64,000 nt of DNA from Eledone cirrhosa (lineage: Eukaryota): contig OZ024742.1 in assembly GCA_964016885.1 (NCBI GenBank), forward strand, positions 306,342,001-306,406,000, read 5' to 3'. The position numbers were made by a program, and so were the translations under genes. Positions 55,919 to 64,000 of the stretch are shown here, one piece after another (the first letter of the stretch is position 1; each line of letters opens with the position of its first letter). The notes beneath the pieces were generated by a model. It did no database searches. It was not told where the DNA came from and saw only the letters and a list, made by a program, of their open reading frames with translations.

Positions 55919-57349
55919 TTATATGCATTTAAAAAAAGAAAAAGTCGTTTTCAAACGATGGTTACAGTATAGAGAACGTTCAATTTTGCTGTTCAAAAGT
56001 TTGTTTACCGACGTTAAAATGCAGTATATCTCTAAATTGCATAACTTGCAGAATCGATGATTTTGCTGATATGCAGGCGCAGCTGCAATAATTTGCCAAT
56101 CAAGGGAGAACGCTTGATTGTTCTTCCGAAGCTGCCAGGCTTTATCGGCGAGGGTTGTTACGGAGCGCATTTTCTCGTGCCTGATCGAAGATCGATGTTG
56201 GTATAGGCGAGCCTTGAAAGAAGTTGCGGTACATCCGACGTAATACCATTTGTTGGTCCCGGAATTAATTGTACACCGGTAGACAATATTGCGTGCTAGG
56301 CACTGGTTATTCAGTGGGCACGTACCTGGTTTGGTGCAGTTACAACTATTTTTATGTTTTGCAGTAGAATCCTGGATAGTTTGGTGGGGTTGTGGTTGCG
56401 TGTTAGTGCGTTGCATGTTGCTATGCTGGTGCGCTGAGTCATTAGGGATGTACTTATTCAGTATTGCTGAGTTGAGTTTTCTAATTAGTTGTTCTATGTT
56501 AGGTGCAGTGGAGTATGAGAGTCTAATGGTGCGCGAGTTAAAGATTTTATAGTATTTATGTGAAGTTGTAAAGTGTTTATTGATTAGTGTATAGAATTGT
56601 GAGATAATCTTAGTGCTAATAGAAGAATTGTACACGGGGTTATACCATGTGTACTCTCTACGTCTGACTCTATTTGCTGGTTTGCACCTGTTAGTATGCC
56701 TATTGATGTGTGTGTGTGGTGCAATACTAGTTCGACTTAGATGTGTTTTATTCCTAGTACTTATGTGGTTATCGTCTAGATATTCAATTTTCTCGCAGTA
56801 ACCAGCTTTTCTAAGTGCGTCATTATAATATTCAGCATGCTCGTTGAAGGTCTGCAAATTAGACGCCAGTCGGGAGATCCTTATGGATATATTTTTAGGG
56901 ATAGATTTAATAATGGAATGAGGATGGTTCGATTTTACATTAACGTACTTAAGATTTTCATTAAGTTTGTGAAATGGCTCTATATTACCGTTATTAAGGT
57001 TGAAGGTAACATCCAAGAAGTTGACCACCTTAAGATTGTGTTCAAAGGTAATATTAAGCCCTAGTTCTAAGAAAAGTTTCCTAATGTTTTTACGTCGTTT
57101 TTCTAGGTTTTGTTTGTTCATATTCTTGACTAATAGAAGTGTATCGTCGCGGTATATTCCGCCGTGGAGGTCCGTAAATTCGCTCTGGAGTCTATGGGCT
57201 ATATAGATCCCACCCAAATCCGTGACCTCCGCCGAATCATTAGAACCCATCGTAATGTCGAATTCCGAGGGTCTATCCTTGCGGACCCAATAACTATTTT
57301 CAAAGTGCACTACTGTGCGTCTAGCTTCAAGTATAATATTAATTTCCAC
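55919..57349 (-). CDS. 5'-truncated but open Naiad-like RT C-half plus GIY-YIG ORF
   Basis: Motifs FDITMGS.D.AE..DL.G, YRDD, FLDV, WYNP, CNC..CPL..C, IVY...YVG, CKLC..E and CNHR, with no internal stops. Confidence 0.85.
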   Translation of the reverse strand: MEINIILEARRTVVHFENSYWVRKDRPSEFDITMGSNDSAEVTDLGGIYIAHRLQSEFTDLHGGIYRDDTLLLVKNMNKQNLEKRRKNIRKLFLELGLNITFEHNLKVVNFLDVTFNLNNGNIEPFHKLNENLKYVNVKSNHPHSIIKSIPKNISIRISRLASNLQTFNEHAEYYNDALRKAGYCEKIEYLDDNHISTRNKTHLSRTSIAPHTHINRHTNRCKPANRVRRREYTWYNPVYNSSISTKIISQFYTLINKHFTTSHKYYKIFNSRTIRLSYSTAPNIEQLIRKLNSAILNKYIPNDSAHQHSNMQRTNTQPQPHQTIQDSTAKHKNSCNCTKPGTCPLNNQCLARNIVYRCTINSGTNKWYYVGCTATSFKARLYQHRSSIRHEKMRSVTTLADKAWQLRKNNQAFSLDWQIIAAAPAYQQNHRFCKLCNLEIYCILTSVNKLLNSKIERSLYCNHRLKTTFSFFKCI

Positions 57350-57360
57350 GTTTGTGAGGT

Positions 57361-58482
57361 CACAATCTTAAGGTGGTCAACTTCTTGGATGTTACCTTCA
57401 ACCTTAATAACGGTAATATAGAGCCATTTCACAAACTTAATGAAAATCTTAAGTACGTTAATGTAAAATCGAACCATCCTCATTCCATTATTAAATCTAT
57501 CCCTAAAAATATATCCATAAGGATCTCCCGACTGGCGTCTAATTTGCAGACCTTCAACGAGCATGCTGAATATTATAATGACGCACTTAGAAAAGCTGGT
57601 TACTGCGAGAAAATTGAATATCTAGACGATAACCACATAAGTACTAGGAATAAAACACATCTAAGTCGAACTAGTATTGCACCACACACACACATCAATA
57701 GGCATACTAACAGGTGCAAACCAGCAAATAGAGTCAGACGTAGAGAGTACACATGGTATAACCCCGTGTACAATTCTTCTATTAGCACTAAGATTATCTC
57801 ACAATTCTATACACTAATCAATAAACACTTTACAACTTCACATAAATACTATAAAATCTTTAACTCGCGCACCATTAGACTCTCATACTCCACTGCACCT
57901 AACATAGAACAACTAATTAGAAAACTCAACTCAGCAATACTGAATAAGTACATCCCTAATGACTCAGCGCACCAGCATAGCAACATGCAACGCACTAACA
58001 CGCAACCACAACCCCACCAAACTATCCAGGATTCTACTGCAAAACATAAAAATAGTTGTAACTGCACCAAACCAGGTACGTGCCCACTGAATAACCAGTG
58101 CCTAGCACGCAATATTGTCTACCGGTGTACAATTAATTCCGGGACCAACAAATGGTATTACGTCGGATGTACCGCAACTTCTTTCAAGGCTCGCCTATAC
58201 CAACATCGATCTTCGATCAGGCACGAGAAAATGCGCTCCGTAACAACCCTCGCCGATAAAGCCTGGCAGCTTCGGAAGAACAATCAAGCGTTCTCCCTTG
58301 ATTGGCAAATTATTGCAGCTGCGCCTGCATATCAGCAAAATCATCGATTCTGCAAGTTATGCAATTTAGAGATATACTGCATTTTAACGTCGGTAAACAA
58401 ACTTTTGAACAGCAAAATTGAACGTTCTCTATACTGTAACCATCGTTTGAAAACGACTTTTTCTTTTTTTAAATGCATATAA
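57361..58482 (+). CDS. Inverted duplicate of the same ORF, starting just before FLDV
   Basis: The translation matches the C-terminal ~370 aa of 55919-57349. Confidence 0.8.
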   Translation, partial: HNLKVVNFLDVTFNLNNGNIEPFHKLNENLKYVNVKSNHPHSIIKSIPKNISIRISRLASNLQTFNEHAEYYNDALRKAGYCEKIEYLDDNHISTRNKTHLSRTSIAPHTHINRHTNRCKPANRVRRREYTWYNPVYNSSISTKIISQFYTLINKHFTTSHKYYKIFNSRTIRLSYSTAPNIEQLIRKLNSAILNKYIPNDSAHQHSNMQRTNTQPQPHQTIQDSTAKHKNSCNCTKPGTCPLNNQCLARNIVYRCTINSGTNKWYYVGCTATSFKARLYQHRSSIRHEKMRSVTTLADKAWQLRKNNQAFSLDWQIIAAAPAYQQNHRFCKLCNLEIYCILTSVNKLLNSKIERSLYCNHRLKTTFSFFKCI

Positions 58483-58892
58483 TGTTACCTTTTTACACCA
58501 ACGTTTGCAAATTTCTGTCTTATATGTTTATACACTAGATATGGCTTTCTATAATAATAGTACTAAACACTGTTTTTCTGGACCCCTTTAGAAATAACCT
58601 GCTACTATAATAGCCCTAATAACTTGTCTGTGACATTGTACCACTTTGACCCCTCTAACTAAATTTTGTCCGAACAACACCACTAGAAGTATCTACTTCC
58701 CAGCCAACCTTAGCACGCCTCATTAAGCTAACTGCTGCCAAAACATTCTCTCTTCACAATCTCTACTAGTCTGACAGTCTTAAACCCTAAGACTCCCTCC
58801 ACCTTACTCACTTCCCTCTCCCCCTTCTCTTCCTACCTCCTTCTTTATCTTTTATCTAGTGTATAAAATATTTTCATATCATTCTAATACAA

Positions 58893-59009
58893 AGGTCTGA
58901 TGACATGGTGTGTTGACTTACAGTGTACTTTCGGTTTTTGATAATATTTGTGTATTATTCAAATAGCGAGGTATAGGTAACTCATACACTATAGAAACAA
59001 TTGTTACCT
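58893..59009 (+). ncRNA. Type I hammerhead with ~90-nt stem II, followed by AATAAA (inverse copy at 55392-55508)
   Basis: AGGT-CTGATGA-c ATGGTGTGT...ATACACTAT a-GAAA-CAATTG-TT-ACCT-AATAAA. Confidence 0.8.
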
Positions 59010-59050
59010 AATAAATTCTATATACCCGCATTTCCATTTCGTAAATTTTT

Positions 59051-59082
<32 letters not shown>

Positions 59083-59620
59083 AGATACGGTGTGGTAAAA
59101 TACCTGGTGGACCATAACCCACCAGAGAAACCGATACTTGGGGTAGTAGAATGTGTAATATGAAAATATTCAGGATCCCTACAGCTGAGCTAGATCCGAA
59201 TTAAATTGCCGGTGATCTAGGTCGAATCTAGCTGTCGAAACGGCCGGAGCTCAGCCGTCAGGGTGCTGAATCTTTCCATGAATTTGCTAACATGCAAATC
59301 TGTCAGATAATCTAGTCTGCGAATATGCCAATCAGGCCGAACTGTCTCTGTATATTTCAGAAAATATATATTTTCACTAGCTGTGACAGTTGGCAGGTGA
59401 GCAGCAAACTACACTGATGAAGGGTAATCACCCAGAATCATTAGTGCCTGCAGTTCTATTTACATGCCAACACAAGAGCAATAATGAAGGGCTCATTCTA
59501 CTGACATGCCTTAAAAGAGGTTGTTCGCATAATTGCAAACGAATCGAATATTATCATGAATATTCGAAAAACACAGATTACATTTATTGTATTCAACCAT
59601 GTAGAGCGATAATATTTGTT
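59083..59620. mobile_element. Composite PLE-end remnant with degenerate hammerheads
   Basis: 59083-59160 is an inverted relative of the tail 19546-19627. GAAACGGCCGGAGCTCAGCCGTC at 59237 resembles the 16951 motif. CTGATGA-AGGG..CCC at 59414. Confidence 0.55.
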
Positions 59621-59643
59621 TTATATATATATATATATGTATG

Positions 59644-62107
59644 TTTTCTCTTTCTCTTAATTTCGAGTATATTTTTTTGACCGGCCACCTTCTTGGTGGC
59701 AAGGTTGTAAAAGAAAAGACATTGTCATCCCTTGAATCGCAAGAATGTTTTGCAAATTTTGAAGGTGCCAGCTATCGCAGGCATTTGTAGACTATGAATT
59801 AGGGAGCTGCGCTTTTTGTCCGCAAATCCAAGTTCAGTCATACTTTGGTCCAAGCGGGTTGGTATATAACCCGTAGCACCAATAATGATGGGTATGAAGC
59901 TAAAGGTGTATCTTGGATACTGGATTTCTAAACTCCTCATCAATGGTCCGTAGATGTCCTCCTTCTCCTGTATTTTTCTGACAACGTTTACATCAAGTGG
60001 GCAGCTGATCTCCACAACAGAAGACGCTTTCAATGTGTGGTCCCAAACTACAATATCAGGCCGGTTGTGCTTTAATTTGGTGGCAGTTTTGATTTTCAGG
60101 TTCCACCAGTATTCCTTAGTGCCATCTGTCTCAATATATTCTTCTTCGTTTGTTGTTAATTTTGTTTTCCGAAGTGCGTCCAAGAGGGTTCTAGCTATCC
60201 CATCGTGTCACATGGGGTGGTAGTAGCGAGATGACATTCTTTCGCAGCTGGCAACAATGTGGCTTACATCCTCGATCTTTGTTTTACATAGCCTACATTT
60301 ATTGTCACCTCCTGGCCCTCCTCTTTTGTGCAGCAGATATTGGTAGGGAGTTCTTGTTCCTGTATTGCATAGAGATATCCCTCAAGGTGTGATGTCATAA
60401 ACTTGTCGGAACTCCATGCCAGGCTTTTTGAGTGGTTTATCCCCTCTATGGTCTGTGTTTTACGCCTCAAGTATCCATGCACAACATATTCTGTAAATTG
60501 GTTAATTTTTTTTTCTTGTTTGAACATTGAATAGGATCTTCCGATTTCTCTGGGTGAGAGATTTATATCAGGCTTTATTCCATATCTCTCCTCCAGATCA
60601 GTCGCTATTCTAATGATATTTCTTTTTCATGCTCATAAACCTGGGCAAGATGGTTGCCAACCTTTTTCCTCTGTTGAAGGTGTTGCTTCAGTGTTACTAT
60701 CCGGGTCTCATATGTTGTTAATATTGATTTTAGACCCCGGCCACCTTCCTTGCGTGAGAAGTATAGCCTATCCACATCACCATTGATGTTAAAGTTCCCA
60801 GTAACACTGAGAAGTTTTCGAGTTCTAACATCCATCTCACTTAGTTCTTGCAATGACCAGTTCAGTAGGCCAAATGTTGGCGTTAGAATTGGCACAGCAT
60901 AAGTATTGTGGGCAATGTATTTGTTGTATGCTGACAGTTCTGATGACCATATTTTCTTTACTCTTCTGAGGTATTCAGTTCTGGTTCTCTCCTTATTTAT
61001 GGGTCCATCATATCTGACATTCTCATCCTGTCCAAGATATCTGTAGTTGTCACCTGACTGCAGAGGTTGTATTGTCAGGCCGTTCATCTCTAGATTTCTA
61101 GAGGAGGGCACAGCTCTTCCACGTTTTACTGCCAAATATGCACACTTGGACTCACCAAATTTCATTTTGATGTCGGTTGAAAATTGGGAATGAGGTCCAA
61201 TTGTTTCTTGATGTCATTGATATTTGGCCCATACAACTTCAGGTCATCAACAAAGAAAAGATGGGAGATACTTCTGGGCCCACTTCTTTGTCCACCTTGT
61301 TTCCTGAGTAGGTAAGATAGTGAATTCAGTGAGAGAACGAACAGTAGCACTGACAAGCTATCACCCTGAAAGATGCCCTTCTGGTAATGTATCTTATCAG
61401 TCTTAACTTGCTCCTTCTCACCTCTAAGGATCAAATTGGTGTACCAGTTCTTGGTCAGGCGTTCAACAGCAGCTACCAATGGTTGTGGGACTTTAGCTAA
61501 CTGTAAAGCCTTAATAATCCACCCATGAGGTACACTATCAAATGCTTTTTGATAGTCCAGCCACACGACAGTCATGTTTCTGCGATTCTTTGTTGTTTTT
61601 TCCTGAATCATTTTGTTAGTTAGTAGGTGATCTATGCAACCCCACACCTCCCTCTTTCCACCAGCTTGCTCAGGTGTTATGATGTTGTTGGTAGCACAGT
61701 GATCCTGTAAGAACAGGTTAAGGTACCCAGTATATAATTTATACATGAGGTTTTGGCAGGCAATTGGGCGGTAATTTTTAGCAAGGGTGGTTTGGCTATT
61801 TTGGGGAATGAGGAGAGTAGTGGCAGTTGATAACCATCTGGGCAGTTCTTGTGTGCCCTTAATGGTTTCTGTAAACAGCCGTATGAGATCTTGCCGATAG
61901 AAAGTGAAATTCTTCAACCAGTATCCTGTAATAACGTCTGGACCTGGCGATTTCCTATTCGACATTTTCTGTAGAGCTGTTTCCAGTATTGACCCATCTA
62001 TGTCATATTGTTTTGTCTGGACATGTTGGCAGTAGTCCTGTTCCAGTTTTTTTAGCCAATTAGCTTGTCTGTTGAATCCGTTTCCCATACAGATCTCCAG
62101 TAGCTGG
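59644..62107 (-). pseudogene. 5'-truncated R4/Dong-like LINE (RT plus restriction-like endonuclease), frameshifted
   Basis: Motifs KSPGPD, YRPIAC, DYQKAFDSVPH, GIFQGDSLS, FVDD, DRLY..RKEGGRG and NRPDIV...EISCP..K..Y. Confidence 0.9.
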
Positions 62108-63300
62108 TATGTATGTATGTATGTATGTATGTATGTATGTATGTATGTATGTATGTATGTATGTATGTATGTATGTATGTATGAATGTATGTATGTATGT
62201 GCGTATGTATGTATATGTATTTGTGTGGGTATATGTAAGTATAGGTAGAGAAAATTACCTAGAGACATGGTATCATGCAATCACTGAAACCGGATTACGT
62301 AATTTAGTGTCGGAGGCGTAAGAACCAAGCATTGCCTCTTCTGTTGTCTCCAGGTTATATTTATTTACGTCCCATTTGTGTTATTTTGCTAAATTTCAAG
62401 CGAAAACACACGCAGATTTTTCACCAACTAAAATGTTTACACGTTCAACCAGCAAATCCTTAATTATCACTTTTTTGTCTCTCTCATTTACTCTTTCATT
62501 TTTCTCTCTTATGCATAACTATTCACACATACTCTCTTTCTCTCTCTCTGTCATACACACTCTCTTTTTTTACACACCTCTCTCATTCGTCTCTTCTACT
62601 TCGTCTCTTCATAATCCTCCGTGATCTATTTTGCTATTTTTACTTGTGCCTGTTCAACCCGTACATTTTCTTCTCTCTGACCGATTAACCGATTAATTCT
62701 TCTTTTCCGATCTATATATTTCGTGTTTAGCTCCTTTGTCTCCCTCCTTCTACCAGAATAATTTTGAAACCTTTAACAGTTCAAATTCCTTTCACTCATC
62801 CATTTTTCTTTCTTCGACCAGCCTTATTAGTAACACGGCCGATTCTCCTCCCTTCATTAGATTATGTTGTGTAATCGTAAAGATATTAATGTATTGCCTT
62901 TCAGCGTTTTCAATTCCAATATGTACTGTATTCGTCTCACTTTCTTGATTTATATTTATATTCAAAATTATCTCACCATTTCGTCAGCCTGCTTTTTCTT
63001 TCCAGCACTCTTCTGTCTGTTATTGTTAATCTTCGTGGGTAAATTTTGTTTTTTTCCTTAATATTGTATTGTCCCAGCTTTGTTGAAAGACACTTGCTGT
63101 GTCTATATTCGTTTTTGTGCTGTTCATTCGCTAGTAGCTATAGCTTTGTAATTTACTGATGCAGTATTACCCTAACATCGAAAGTGGATTACAAAACATA
63201 TAAAGGATAACGGATGTCGAATGTATGGTTTCCTGTGTTTTATGTGTCTGAATCTTCCATAAGTATTTGTGTCAACGTTGTTCTATTTTGTTCTCTCTAT

Positions 63301-63392
<92 letters not shown>

Positions 63393-63393
<1 letters not shown>

Positions 63394-63775
63394 GTTTACC
63401 TGTAGCCATACCGTTTTTCTTTAGAAATACGAAATTTCTATACGTATCTATATACAGCTATGCCTGAAGCTAAAGACTAATTCTATTGTATCATTAGTTG
63501 AGCCAACTTATACAGCTTCATATGCAAATGAGATTAATCACCTCATTTACACAGACGATAAAACTATATATTCTCGACTGTTTTTCAAGTCCAGAAGTCG
63601 CATATGTGGGAGGGATCATCCTCATGAGGACTAGTTAAGTCCGAAATGCATCGACGATTATCCCCTAGCTTCTGCTGGACACCACCAGAGGGCGTTAAAC
63701 CCGGTGTTTTTGCATAGCTACGGCTTTCTAAATGTTTACCTGTAAACATACCGTGTTTCTTTAGAAATACGAAAT
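63393..63775 (+). mobile_element. 340-bp retrozyme with 43-bp terminal direct repeat (family H)
   Basis: 63393-63435 is approximately 63733-63775. HHR at 63614-63659 reads GATCATC-CTcATGA-GGAC tagttaa GTCC-GAAA-TGCA-TC-GACGATT (G5 mutated). Confidence 0.8.
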
Positions 63776-63814
63776 ATATATATATAAAGAGAGAGAGTGT
63801 GTGTGTGTGTGTGT

Positions 63815-64000
63815 GGAGGCACGTGGCCTATTGGTAAGGGTGTTGGTTCATAATGTCGTGGGTCCGATTCCTGGGTTGCGTGTTGTATTCTTGAGCAAAA
63901 TACTTCATTTCACGCTGCTTCAGTATACTCAGCTGAAAATGAGTACCAGGAATAGGTGTTCGTGTAACCCTGCGATGGACTGGTGTCCTGTCCAGGGAGG
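63815..64000 (+). mobile_element. tRNA-derived SINE (family S2), cut by the window end
   Basis: A-box-like TGGCCTATTGG and B-box-like GGTCCGATTCC, then CTTGAGCAAAATACTTCATTTCACG. Confidence 0.75.

Larger units (their letters stand above)
55240..59054. mobile_element. Naiad-like PLE as a head-to-head fold-back with ~1.7-kb near-identical arms
   Basis: ~55347-57040 is the inverse of 57361-59054. The left arm has extra upstream RT sequence and a ~105-nt tail. Confidence 0.92.

Noticed and set aside
43523-58482. Selenocysteine (TGA) recoding, known from some Naiad PLEs
   Set aside because: The conserved Cys positions I could read in the Naiad-like copies are normal Cys codons. The TGA at 44805 lies in a variable linker next to a frameshift.

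Overview
AT-rich eukaryotic, non-genic DNA. The SINEs and (TA)n load resemble an octopod cephalopod, recognised from memory only. I found no supportable host gene exons. The window is a chain of mobile elements inserted in microsatellites. It holds Penelope-like elements (PLEs) of Neptune-like and Naiad-like type, a near full-length Tx1/L1-type LINE in (ATT)n, a 5'-truncated R4/Dong-like LINE in (CATA)n, tRNA-derived SINEs, a mariner relic, a MITE and a 200-N gap. The main hidden signal is a dense set of type I hammerhead ribozymes (HHRs), belonging to more than a dozen apparently unrelated non-coding retrozyme/PLE families. Three families use a compensated U3-A8 core, several have U.U at 10.1-11.1, and most have their own palindromic stem III. 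Most copies sit in asymmetric fold-backs: one arm stops at a TA-microhomology junction and the other carries an extra tail. All structures were folded by eye and activity is untested.
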